Position numbers and translations under genes: made by a program | Part shown: piece by piece, positions 38,501 through 50,546 of the stretch | Layout of the letters: each line of letters begins with the position of its first letter | Position numbering within the stretch: position 1 is the first letter of the stretch | Assembly: GCA_905178155.1 (NCBI GenBank) | Contig: CAJINV010000011.1 | Location: forward strand, 196,154 to 260,153 | Direction of reading: 5' to 3' | Length of the DNA: 64,000 bases | Origin: Amoebophrya sp. A120 | Lineage: Eukaryota; Protista; Dinoflagellata | Notes under the pieces: model-generated | The model's input: only the letters and a program-made list of their open reading frames with translations | Databases searched by the model: none | Told to the model about the DNA's origin: nothing

Positions 38501-39648
38501 CCAAGCTCTTGCAGCTCGCCGGACTGCGTAGCAGAAGAACTGAGACAAGCTCTCCCGGGAAATCGGGCTTGACGCGGCGGAATGTACTTGTATACTGGTC
38601 GCAAGACGCGGTGGTAGAGCACCGCGGGCTCCAGGGGAAAGTACGTCGCCTCCTCGGAAAGGGGTTGAATGTCGTTTTCATCGAGATATCGCTGCTCGAA
38701 GTCGGTGTCCTTCCAAGCGAACAGCTTTTTATTTGTTGCGAGATTCAGGTTCTGCAGAAACTTCAGGAGCTGACTGTAAGCAATCCGAAAATTTTGTCGC
38801 TGCGAGGCTGGTTCACGAAGCGTCACGGATGACATGACTGCTGCAGGTGACTGAACCGCTGCGTACCGCTGGTTTGTTTGCTCAATTGCTCTCGCGACGA
38901 GATACATTGCCAATTCGTCGTCCTCAGAAATTATTTTCGCAAGCCGCGGCCACGCCTCCAACAGGCCCCTCCCGTGTCCTGTTTCGCACCCGGACAGACT
39001 CAGACGCTGATCGCGCAGCCCGAACCAGCACCGGAAGTCAACCGAAGTCAAGAGAGACGCTGCAAAGTAGAAATGCCTCTCTGTTTCTTGCTCCATGTCA
39101 CAACACATGGAATCCGCGGACGTGTCAAAAAACTGGTCCAGGATCCCCGGCTCCAAGCGCTCCAGCAAGCCCACACCATACTCAATCACAGAGTACGGGA
39201 GAACCCATTGACCAAGTTCATCGAAGGATAAAATACCGAAAAAGAGCGAACGGAGACGTACTACTTGAACTTGTTTTTCTTCTCGGCTGTCGTGGTCCCG
39301 CGTGGCGGAGAACAGTTCTCTGCTGGCAGCAAGTGCGCTGTCGCACCATTTGCGCCGCTCGGTCAAACTCCCTGCAACTCCATGTCTCTCCCCTGCGAGG
39401 AAGGTTGGCTGGCAGGAGAGATCGTCTAATGTGAGCACCGATGTCCAAAAAAACAAAAAGTCGTCCCCTCTGTCGCCAAGCGGCCCGCTATTCTCACTGC
39501 TGACGGACGGTCGCGGGGACTCCGTTGGCGTTGCTGCAGCACTCTCCGAGCGCAGCAAATGCTTCTGCACAGTACCTTCCTCCATCTGCCGCTCCGCGTG
39601 GGCTGCTTTGGCCGCTGGCGCTCCACCGCTGAGGTTGGGCTCGCTCAT
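23576..39648 (-). CDS. Giant tandem DExH (RHA family, Spindle-E/TDRD9-like) RNA helicase with N-terminal 3'-5' exonuclease-like domain, ~4974 aa
   Basis: Exons 39648-30235, 30053-27280, 26312-23576 (14925 nt, in frame). Module 1: GTTGCGKTT, DEVH, SAT, ATNIAETSLTIP, QRRGRTGR. Module 2: GATGSGKST, DEIH, SAT, ATNICET, QRKGRAGR. The first join uses a predicted GT-AG intron, the second a 962-bp introner with an exact DR. Confidence 0.75.
26318..27279. mobile_element. Large introner (962 bp) with family A ends and an internal minisatellite
   Basis: tatcctgtgaaaaaacgtccccac / gtggagacgctttgactcaggata; exact DR cggta; removal gives HARYRPVPPGTVQLLLATNICET. Confidence 0.88.
26725..27095. repeat. Minisatellite (~42-54-bp unit, ~8 copies) inside the large introner
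   Basis: tttatagctcgccagc(t/a)ttgcc repeated. Confidence 0.88.
30054..30234 (-). other. Predicted canonical GT-AG intron joining the two helicase ORFs
   Basis: Donor ATG|GTACCT (or GAA|GTAGTG at 30219, also phase 0); pyrimidine-rich tract and acceptor CTACAG|GCG. Confidence 0.65.
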
Positions 39649-40548
39649 ACTGCTGTTGAGGAGGCCAACGTCGTCAAGCGATCTTCATGATGCTCCTCTC
39701 TATCCGGCCAGAAGGGCAAAGTTCCGTGTGCGCGACGGTGCACGGCTCCTTGCTTGGCTTTGATCGAAAGCGAAGCCATGCCTGATGCTGCTCAACCATC
39801 TTGTCACAAAAAACAACCACTTCTCCTGTTCAAAACTTCTTTTTATTTTGTTTCCTTCGGGTCAAAAAAAAAGAGCATTTAGTCCAGTATAGGCATTATG
39901 AAAAGCTTTTCCTTCTCACTACAACTTTGACAAACACTCATTCGTATTCCTCACAGCTTATTGTTATGCGTACTTCCTCGACCTCGTCCAGGCCTGTGAT
40001 CGTGTTGTTGATTAGCGAAATTGTATCGTCGAAGATGAGCTTCGCATATGCTACAACTTCGAGATGACATTATGCGCACAAAAAAAACAGTGGCCTTGTC
40101 ACTTGTCAATTCAAATAATCCTGCTGCTGTATAGTTCGTGTACAAAACTCAAACTCGGATCTTGTTCCATGTTCTTTGCAGGTATGCAAAAAAAGACGCG
40201 CTGCAACAAAGAATTCGTATAAGGAGATGAGGATCACACCAACATAGCCGAAGCCGAAGGCAAAGCTGCGATTGTCATACCTGCAGACCGAGGATCCGGT
40301 TCGAAATGGGGTGTAGGAGACCTTTTTCATGAAGTGGAGACGATTTTTTGTGTTTGAGGCTCAATTTGCTCGCACGACAATAGGATCGAAAAAACGATAT
40401 TATGATCGCCCGACCTGTGTATAGACATTTTGTACGAGCAACGACACTCAGTTGTGAGTTGTGCCTAGTTCTTCACATATCGCTTTTGTTCTTGAATCTA
40501 TGACGCTTCATCTAGCTTGTAGTTTAGTGGATCGAATTCAAAATTGCT

Positions 40549-43500
40549 TCACGTTCCAGAAGATTTGCACATATTTCTGCGATGAAAGACGAAAAGCGCA
40601 ATAAGATAGAGCACGACAAGACCAGAGAACGACATTTGTGTGTTTTGTTCGAGCGCAACCAGAAGAAGTGTATGGTGCTGCACCGCTGCGCTCTTTCCTG
40701 CATTCGCTCCCGCAGGGATGGCGAGAATACCAGCTCTGGACTTTGATTCCTGCATTGCAGCTGCCCTAGACGATGAAGCAGGAGCGAAGCTGCGCTGGTC
40801 CATCCGGTCTGCCGTTTCCCTCGGAACCGGGTCTACCGCCGTAGAGTGCACAGAGGTGATTTCCGTCGAAAATGGATCCATTAAAGGGTACGCGATGTCG
40901 ATTGTTCGTCGCCTTCGGCTTCGCTTCCCTACTGCACGGACATCACGACCCTCCTGCAGTGCTGTTCCTGGTTGCACCAAAGGCGATGCGGCGGCCACGA
41001 TAGCTGCAACATTCTGCTCTGCTTCTGTGCCGGTCGTCGTGGTACTGCTTGTTCTGCCGGTGATCATCCTTGTTCCGTCTGTGATGCCAGTATTTGTACT
41101 CCTACTACCCCGCACAGCCAGTTCGAAACTCGATCTCTTCAGGTGGGACGAAAACCGTGGGTCGAGGTCGACGATCTGCAGGGTATTTGCAATGCCAACA
41201 TCGAGGAAGCACTTGGGTACGTACAACTGCCGCTGCGGGCCCTGTTCCGCAAAGTATCGCCCCAGAACGCGGCCGTTCACCAGCGCCACGCCACGGGAAA
41301 GCGGAGAAACGTCCAGCCAGAAGCCACCTCGGATAGTACTAGAAGAGGTTGCCTGTAGTTGTTCTGGCTCATCCAAAGCTCGGTAATCGAACTGAGCCTC
41401 GAAGACGAGCGGAAACGACGCGAACTTCTCACCAGTTGGCACTTGCAATTTTTCCGCCCTCTCCATCGCCTCACGGTCGTGCACGACCGTCACCGCTGCT
41501 TCTGCTGCTACTCGTCCTTGTGTCTCTAACACGTTTTTACATAGGTACCACTGACCGGAGGGAGGCTGCGCCAATTTGACTTTCCTACCCGTGTACCGGT
41601 CCAATTTGTACCAGGCAACGCGAAACCCCTTGCGGTCCCGCGCGACCTCCCGGGACCAGTTGACGCGCCCAAGACTCTCGAAGAGAAGAAGCGTTGACGT
41701 TTGGGTTGGGGTTCTTCCCGTCCTCGACGTAGAGTCAGTAAATCCACCTGTTTCCATTCGTAGCCAATGCTCCTTGCCGGCCTGGGTTCCCGCCAAATCC
41801 GGCGACACAGCGAGGTTCGGTCGCTGCAGCACGACTACGCGGTTATTTGCTGCTGGACCGCTCTCCCCCTGTAATCTTTCTGCCCCGGGGGTATCTTCGT
41901 CACCAAATTTACGGCCCGCTTCTGCACCTGCTGACGCCGATTTAATATGTTCGTCTCGACTGGTACCATCGGCACTGACCGCGCCTCCCAATACGTACAA
42001 GCGATCTTTCAGATCGGTGATGCGCAAGAAAATTTCCTCTTGCGTAGACAGTGCCTCGGACTGGTCGTGCCGCGGAAATAGATCTTGTGGAGCCGCAGCA
42101 GACTCTGACTCTCCGCCGTGCCTGAACTCGAACATCAGTAGTTGGTCAAAGGAATCTATCTCCACTCGCTGCGAGGATGAGGTAGGCTTTGCGCTGGACG
42201 ATGCCGGAGAAATGGAAATAATGTCATCGAGAAAATTAGGCTCTTTGATCGCGACGCAACTGTTGTAGTTGCTGTTGCTGTCGCTTCCGCTAGCTGCACT
42301 TTTCCGGCCTTGTGTCGCCCGCTCGAACAGCGTGAGCAGACTACCACGATTTCGGAAATTGAGTTTGATTAGCTGGGAAGATGTCTTTACATCGGTATGA
42401 TTTTCACGCAGCTCCGGTGTTGAAGAAGCTCTACCGCCTGCTACTCTTCCTCCTGCTGTCGCCGCCGTCGTCCCCTCTGGCAACAACCCCGTCGCGTGCT
42501 CCCGGGAACGAATCTCCTTTTGGAGTAGCCGGTATTTCTCGCTAATCGCAGCACCGTCTTCCGAGATCGGCGCGTCGTAATCGTAGCTCACGGGCTGTGG
42601 CCGAAAGGTTCCGCCGAGAACGTTCGCGCCATTCGTGAAGCCGAAGTCCGTCCCGCCGTGCACGACGTAGAGTGCAAAATTGGGGCACTGTTTTACAGTT
42701 GCGATTAACTGCTCTGCCTTGCGCGAGGCCATGGTCCGGTCGCCCACGTGCGTCAGCCACCCGGTGTACTATCCTGTGCAAAAGTATCGTACTCGTACAA
42801 TACGTCAAACTCAAATGCAATTCTTGCATTACAAGTATTTTTCTTAATGTAAATCAGCATGACAAATTTCATTTCTCATGCGGAGAAAATTTGTAATGCA
42901 TTTATACGAGTACGATACTTTTGCAGTTCATATGTACAGCGCGCCAACAAAAGGGGGAGAGAACCCCGCGGGACTGTTCACCGCTCGCATCTTCGCGAAC
43001 GCCGCCTTCGCGTCCTCGCCCGGGCCGAAGTCTGCCACTTTGTACACATTTGGTAAACCGCCTTTCACAAGGTCTCCGGGTGGATCCACCGTAAAGAATT
43101 CCACGAAAGGAGGGGACATGGTCATCTTGGTCACACCGGAGATTACCGCCTCAAGTAGCTGCTGTACGCGGTTATCCTTTCCTGCTTCTACTTCGGTTAT
43201 ATCGCCGAGCTCCAGAAATGCCCCTAAACTTCTCCGCACTGCCGAGTGGTCGACGTCGGCGGGTGAATCAGAACTACTAGCCTTTGCTACGTCCACCTCC
43301 TCCTGCAGCTCGATCTGCATCTGCATCCAGAGAAATTGCAGATATTTCTGCGGTGCGGAGCCACTCACACTGGCGTCCGCCCAGGTACCGTACTCGTCCT
43401 CTAGCTGAATCAAGATAATGCTACCGCCGAGTCCCCGCGTGTAGAGTTCGTCTCGGAGCGGGGGAAGCAGCCGGTGCCAATACCTGGCAACCTCGTGCAG

Positions 43501-44613
43501 GTACTGTGGCGAAAACGTCCGCAGGTTCGCTTCGCCCAGCCTGGCCAGCCGCTGCGGGAAACCGCCAAAGTCAAACTCCGCACAAATGTACGGACCGGGG
43601 CGCAGCAGGACGAAAAGACCCAGCTCCGCGGCAAGACGAATGAATTTCAAATACTTCGGAAGAAAAAACTGCTCGTCCTCCGGATGATCGCGTGCTGGCA
43701 CTCCTACCTTTTTGTAACTGGGTGCTTCACGAAAAACGGCATATGATCATCAGTGTCGTATTTTAAGTATCAATGCCTAGTGACGACGTACGGGTACGGT
43801 ACATGTTTGACATCGAGTTGCTGTCGAGAGCTGCGTATGAACATAGAGGGAGTTGTCCGTTGCAGGAGCTGCTGCTGCCACTCTAGTGGTACTACGCGAA
43901 CAAAAAGAAGCATATGCGTTTATATACCTCCTGCGTTCGTCGCCGTCAATCTTGTCTCACCTACTCCTAGGCCACCGGAAGACCGGGAAAGCGCTGCGGG
44001 GTCTGCCTTTCCGGCAGCGACCGCCGCATCGAAAAAGTCGAGTTCGCGCATCCAAAGAAAAAGAGCCAACCCCATCAATTTCTAACATGACAAATACTGG
44101 GCTTTTTTATTTTTATGCATGTTTTGCATGACAAATTGGAACGGGGTGGCTCATTTTGTTGCGGATATCGCGCTCCGCCACGTTCCACGCGATGTACGTG
44201 TCCACGGTGTTCAGGCCAAGGGCCATGAGCTGCAAGAGTCGCTCCTTCCAGTCCGGCTCCGGAACACGAAAGTAGTGCATTCCGCCGGCGAGTATCCAGG
44301 AAAAAACAACCATCCCCATTCATTTTATGCGCGACAAACACAGGAGCAGGACGCGGAGTCCATACATGATTTGCATGACAAATTGGATGGGGATGGTTGT
44401 TTTTTTGTGGATAGCGAGCATGTTCCACTTCCTTCCGTCCAACCAGAACGAATCCTCGGGCCCGATCCGGAATCCGTTCTTGATCTGGGATGAAGCAGAG
44501 GTGGGTCTGGGTAGTACCACAACAGACCCAAAAAGCCCTGCGACTGCCAAAAAGTTGTAGACCGCAATGAAGCAGGGGCGCAGCGGCGCTGGATCGTGTC
44601 TGCCCAGCAACAT
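40549..44613 (-). CDS. GH35 beta-galactosidase-like protein, N-terminal signal/anchor and C-terminal TM segment
   Basis: Exons 44613-44414, 44287-44168, 44043-43961, 43703-42933, 42764-40549. Motifs FWLDG..WNMLAGGMHYFRVP, GLNTVDTYIAWN, RPGPYICAEFDFGGFP, QLEDEYG, YTGW, HGGTDFGFTNGAN, VNGRVLGRY...GPQRQLYVP. Confidence 0.9.
42770..42932. mobile_element. Introner, family B
   Basis: TIR ...tgcaaaagtatcgtactcgta; exact DR tgtac; removal restores YTGW. Confidence 0.93.
43704..43960 (-). other. Predicted canonical GT-AG intron in the GH35 gene
   Basis: G|GTGAGA...GTAG|GA, in frame; an alternative donor at 43927 has the same phase. Confidence 0.65.
44049..44167. mobile_element. Introner, family G-like
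   Basis: catccaaagaaaaagagccaacccc / ggggtggctcattttgttgcggata; exact DR tcgcg. Confidence 0.9.
44293..44413. mobile_element. Introner, family G-like
   Basis: ~33-bp TIR tatcca..aaaaaacaaccatccccat; exact DR gcgag; removal restores MLAGGMHYFRVP. Confidence 0.93.
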
Positions 44614-47050
44614 TTTCTTGTGCCTGGATGTCGAGAAGAATAAGTGCTGGCCCTCAGCAATGCGGCAACTGCTCTGGCTTTTTCGGTCAGAGAAGATCAA
44701 TGACTCGTCCACCAGGACTAGTGCTGTTCAAGAATATATATCCTGAGGACTCCAATGGCGCTGACGTCAACCTGCTGTGTTGAACCAAAAGAGCATGCTA
44801 GCCAAACAAAGGACGACGGGAAAACACAAGAAAAAGAAGCAAGGACCAGGGCGATCGGCTAGTTCTTCGACGTCGGTTAGATGACATGAACAACCACAGA
44901 CGAGGGAGCGCTAGGCGCCGTCCATATTAGCATCCAAGGTGCCGAGCTGCCACTGTGTGCGCAAGGGACAAGCATGCAACCGGGCTCGAGGGCACTTGCT
45001 CATGTATGTTTTTCTTTTCCTGTCTAGCCAGCGGCGGGGCCATCGAAACAATAATCAAACGCGCGCGTCACGGGCTTGTGGTGCTACACAGATCAAACCA
45101 AGGGGCCGATGAATCGCTTCGTCGTACGGATCGGCGGGGCGGCGGGCTCTCTCGCCTGCCAACGTACGAACGAACGGAACCTGCCACCAGGCGGCGCGCT
45201 TGCTACGGGGCGCCGAATAAAACCACCGCGCGTCTTCGGGCTACGGCTGCTGCTATGGTGCGGGCACCACTCTGCGCGGGCGCCCAACTCGGGGCGCGGG
45301 CCCATTCAAAAACGGAAGGACACAATCAGAGACCGCGCACGCGCTCGCCCTGCCGCCCCACGGCCGCCCGCCTACCTGGGCACGGCGGGCGGGCGGCGCC
45401 GGGCGCCCCTCGCTTTTATAAATAGCGACCAGGCAAGGGCGCGCAAGTGCGCACAAACGCGGGCGCCGCTGCTGGGCCGGCTGGCTGGCTCCCGGCGGGC
45501 CCCCCTGCGCGCGGGGGGGCGCCCGGCGGGCGGCGGGCGGCAGATGGCCAGGGCCGGGGCCCGTTGGCTGGGCCCGGGCGAACGGCGCGCCTCCGTCGGG
45601 GGCTCCCTCGCTAGGGCGGGCGGCGCGGCCTATGGCATTCCTTCTGATCACATATGGGGCCCGCCCCGATGGGCCGACGGACATGCATGGAGCACCCCGA
45701 AGGCACCCGGCCCAGTGGGGTTCCGACCGAAGCAGGCCGGCCCGCCACCCGCCAGGCAGCGGGGCCGGGCCCAAACCCGGCGCCACACCGGGGGGGCGGG
45801 AACCCGGGCCCGGCGCCGCAGCTGCGCGCGCCGCTCCTCTGCACTGCTTGGCGTGGGGCCAGGTGCCTGGCCGTGCGTTGTGCTTGGGCTTGCTGCTTTG
45901 CTTTTCTAAATCAAAAGCGGAGCCGCCCGGGCCCAGAGATAGGGCGCCCCCCGTCGAGAGGCGAAACACCGAACCGCCGGCCGGCTGGGGTAGGCGTAGA
46001 CATGAAGCCAATTTACCCATGCTCCACAAAACTTATCTCATTGCCAACTTTTCACTAAGTCAAGGCATCCGAGCCTGAGGCAGATTTTCTCCGTTTCGGA
46101 TCTGGGCTGCTACCCTTCGGGGCTTCGGCTGTCCGCATCACCAGCCGCGGGCGCGCGCAAAGGAAGGAGTGGAGCAACGGAAACGCGCGGCGCGCCGAGG
46201 GCTACCGGTTGGCGCCTGGCGCCCATGGCGCGTAGTCCGCTTCGCGATATGCCCGCTGGAGGTTGCCGGGCGTGCCAACCTTTGACGGGCCGCGGCCGCC
46301 CGCGCGTAGCGAGCGGGGCGCCGCAGGCCGCCCCTAAAGTCTCACGCGTGACAGTCCGCAGCGCTTCCGTTCTTGCCAAAACATGGGCCCAGAGGTTGGC
46401 TTGGGCGTGTCCTCCTGCCTGTCAGTTCCCCTTGCCGGCCCGCGGCGCTAGTTCCCGCCGCACCTTAGGCGCAAGGATTGGGCCGCCGTTGTTGAAGGTT
46501 GCAACCTTCAGCCGGGGGCCCCACTTCTGTGGCGCGCCCCCCCCGGCCTACCGGCAGGAATGCAGCGCGCCCTATTCCACGGCGGCCAGTGGTGTAGCCT
46601 ACGCGGGGGGTTTGCGCAGGTTCCCCGTACTGACGGGCAGCGCCCCCCGGACACCAACACACCGCCACGGCCCCGTAGCCGCTGCCTCCCCCTCGCATTC
46701 TGTTGGTCTGCGAAAATGGGGAGTCGAACAATGCTGCTAGGAAATGCTGACAATAGCAACACCGAGAACGCCTCGCGAACACATTCGTCTTTTTGAACGC
46801 AGCAGTTCTGCAGCCTGAAGTTGATGGCTTGCTGAAACTTGCAAAATGTCGACTCATTTTTGCGCTCTACGTTATATTTCGGTGCTTTCAACAACACATC
46901 AAGCTTTGCTAAAGTCCCTTTTCACAGGTCCAATATTCAGTATACACACCAATGAATGTCGCTCAACAACATGATCTACCACAGGTAACACCTAGAAGAA
47001 ACACGCACTGTCTCTGCACATCAAAGCTTTCCTTCTCAGCACAAGACTAC

Positions 47051-50000
47051 TCAGGTTCGCTGCCGCTTTGATGCGGGATTCACCAACTTCACACTTCCTG
47101 CAGCACCCAGCTGCACACCGGCACCCGACCTTTTGCCACCACCGCCGAGAAAGGACAACATGGACCGCGTCTGGTTTCTCCAGGGGTGCGTCTCTCGTGT
47201 CTGCGCTGCGGACAGACCGCAGGGCTTGTTGGGCAACGAGTCATAGACTTCGTCTGGAAGGAGAAGGCTGATCATGGTGTGGTCCGAGTAGGAGGGCGGC
47301 GTGTAAATGATGCTCGCAAGGTGGCGCTTTTTCTGCAGAAGGGAGCTCCTCGTCAAAGGACCTCCAAGATCCCTCGGACTGCTGGTTGACGTGTGGTCCG
47401 CTGCGGTCCTCTCGTCTGGCTTGTGGTTCCTCCCTTGTAGTTGTAACCCCTCTCCACTGCTGGTGTTTTTGTTCTTCGTCGTACTATTACCAACCCTTGC
47501 CCAGTGCCGTAGCTGCAACCGCTCCGCGGTTTCAAAATTGTGGGAAAACTGACTGTTGTTCAGCCGCATGTCGTCCTTTTGCCCGGATTCGTCTCGCTGC
47601 CCCTGTGAGGCGAAGCGGTTGAGGCCGTGCCAGCCGCCGAAACACGTAGCTGCGTTGTGGGCCGCCTGCTCTTCCGTAAAGGGTCCGCGAACGTCCGAGA
47701 TTCGCGGGTCATAGACGAAGTGCCCGTCAAGTGGGAGAGGGGAATAGACGGGCGGGTGCTCCTGTAGTGGTGCTGTCGCAGTTCTTTTTGTACCAGTCTC
47801 CTTACAACTTTCTTGGACACAATCTTCACTGTCCACCGCTGCGCTCCTGTGTGCAACTGGTGTTGACCCTAGCGCCTCGTGATCCAACGGGGACCCCTTT
47901 GTAGCTGCAAGGTACTTCTGCACACCTTCCGCAAGGTCAAGATTTTTCGCTTCCTCCGCGTCCAGAAAACCAACGTCGTACATAATGCTTTTAATACTAT
48001 TTCCCCGCCGGCTGATTGTATCTTCTTTATCTTTTTCTACCTCTAGAAGGTTCTGACTCTGTAGCATTTCTCCAGCCGCAGCTCCTCCTCCCGCTGGTCG
48101 CAAGTACCGTGCAAGAAGAGGTTTGGACACGAGAATCAAGTCTATCCTTGACCCGTTATTCGACTCGACCCGCTCCGAGGTAAACTGATTCCAGCAGGTG
48201 AAGCGGTCCCTCGCGGTCCTACCGTAAATTACGTCGAATAAGTCTGCGCACTTGGTCCGCAGCAGCTTTTGCAGCCATCTCACGGCCTCCTGCTCGAACC
48301 GCAAGTGCCGGGCCAGGCCGTGCGCGCGAAACGCGCTCAGTGGCAGCTGGGACTGCTCCATTGCAGCGGCGACGGTGAGAAACTTTGTCGAGCTGCTAGA
48401 TGAAGTAGAGCTTGATGTTACCGTCGTACTTCTCGCAGTCGTTGAGGTGGATGAAACTGAATTTGTTGTACTGGTCTCGACCACACGACCTACTTTGTTC
48501 TGCTCTAGCAGCGTCTTTGTCGAAGTTGCGGAATTTTTTTGAGGTTGTAGTGCGACATCTTGTTCGTCGCCTGCTGCCCCTTTGAAAATGTTTTGTGATC
48601 CTGAGATCAAAGAACCATCTGTACCTTTGTCCCCACCTGCGGTCCCCGTCGTCCCGGATGGAAACCCAGAGAAAAAACTCGAGATCTTCGGCTGCCCCGC
48701 AGGTTTTGGTCGTGGCACGACGGCATCTTTCTTCACGTTGGCAGCTATGTGCGCTGCAGGAGGAGCAGCTACGGGGTTATCAGTACTACGAAGTCCTCGT
48801 GTGGGGTTCTTTTCGGATGCGGAAATTGTTCCGAGAGTATGTTGAGGCTTTGGCTGTCCAGCACTTGATGTACTTTGCAGAGGTAGTTGTCCTTCTCCTT
48901 GTCGGGATGATGAGCCATTGTCTTGTTTTAATCTACCCGTCATCGCGTTCTTCCCAGTGTTCATCGGCGGTGGCCTTGAAGTGGATCCTGCACCAACTAC
49001 ACCCGCTGTTCCTGGGGTCGCTGTGTTGTCTTCCTCACCGGAGTTCCCGTCGTCCGGATCCTGGTCCACGTTGAGCGGAAGGGGAATCATGTCTGCCGGC
49101 ATGCTATGCATTGCAAATATGTCTGGGAGGTCTGAAAGGTTGCAAGATCTGTTATGCAGGTTTCGTATGGCTATGGCCCCGAAGTTCTGAAACGCGAGCT
49201 GTAGCGTAGCGTCACATCTATCCTGCATGACAAACGCCATCTTCGGGCTTCCAAAATTGCGTTGCTTGATATGCTGCCCACGCAATACAGATTTTTTTGT
49301 CGCGCACACCAAGCAACAGAAAGAAACTCGGACTTTCCAAACTACCCAGCCACATTTGAACTGCATAGATGCCGGCCACCACTCGCCCAGTTTCCCGGTC
49401 CACTTCGAGTAGTCGGCGCTGCACCTTGACGTCCTCTTTCCGGTAGGAAATGTTGAAATCTCCACACAGGATTGTAAAATTGTCTGGGTCGAAAAACTTA
49501 TTTCCTCTGTTTCCGCCGGTCTGTGCTTTGTTCTGTTGCTGTTTCATATCACCTCCAGCCCCCTCGACGCCAGCTGCTGGTACCATCTGTTGACCCGCGT
49601 TTGCAGGTCCTGCAGCAGACGAGCCATTACTTTGCTGGGGCAGTTGTAGTTGTACTGGTACAGGGACCACGTCGGCCCCTTTCGCTGTAAAAGAAGATGT
49701 TGAAGAGCAACCAGCTGTGGTGGACGAGGTTGCTGTGATTCTTCCAGTGGTAGTTGTGCCTGGTGGCTGTTCTTGTTTCACCGTGCGGAGGTACCTGGCT
49801 TCTAGTTTTTGCAAAAACTTGAGCTTAAACCGCTGTCGCTCGACCGTCACGTCCGGCGAGTTCGCAAAGGGCGCGTAGATGTTCAGCAGCCGGAACTTTC
49901 CAAAGTCCAGCAGCAGCGCCCGTCCCTCGTCGTCTAGCTCCGGGTCGTTGAAGACCTTCTGGGTCGCCGCGTACACCGGATACCTGTCGGTCCGCACGAA

Positions 50001-50546
50001 ACAGCCCACGCCGTTGAAGCCGGAAAGCCGCTTATTTTTGCTCTTGTTGAACGCGAAAAAAGAACTCCACTTCCGACGAGGAGAGCTGTTGGGCTGAGAA
50101 TGAGATTGCTGTTCTTGTTGAACATGAGTATCAACTATGGTGCTGCTGATTGATTGCGGCTGCGTTTTTTCTACACTAGAAGTACCTGAAGATGCCGCCT
50201 CCGTGGACGTGGTCGTGGCGGTCCCAGATGAAGCCGGAAGTAGATGGGCAGGACCTCCACGTGCGTCCGCAAGGGAGGTCACGCCCCCGTTGTCCACCTC
50301 CACCTCGTGCTCGCGCACCTCGAGGCCCAGTTGGAACGCCTCCCGGTGCGTGGTGATCTCCGACGCTTTTTGCGAGGAAACCTTGCTTTCCTGGATGCAC
50401 AGCACGTCGCACCCGTGGTTCTCCAGGTAGTTTTCCAGGCTCCCAAAGTGCGCACAGATGGTCTGATGCGTGGGCCCCCAACCCGCCACGTTCCAACTCA
50501 GAATCAGCATCTTTTTGCTCGTTTCTGTTGTGTTCGTCCCTTCCAC
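47051..50546 (-). CDS. Exonuclease III family AP endonuclease, APE2/APN2-like
   Basis: Exons 50546-49368 and 49099-47051. Motifs SWNVAG, CIQESK, EGR, NIYAP, GDFN, FTCWN..., GSRIDLIL, SDH. PIP-box-like QPKISSFF and QTRSMLSFL. Confidence 0.88.
49105..49367. mobile_element. Introner, family C-like
   Basis: tatgcattgcaaatatgtctggg / cccagccacatttgaactgcata; DR catgc/gatgc; joins the two ExoIII ORFs in frame. Confidence 0.82.

Noticed and set aside
49219-49367. Introner left end at 49219 (tatcctgcatgacaaa)
   Set aside because: No DR or TIR match to the right end; 49105 gives both and restores the frame.
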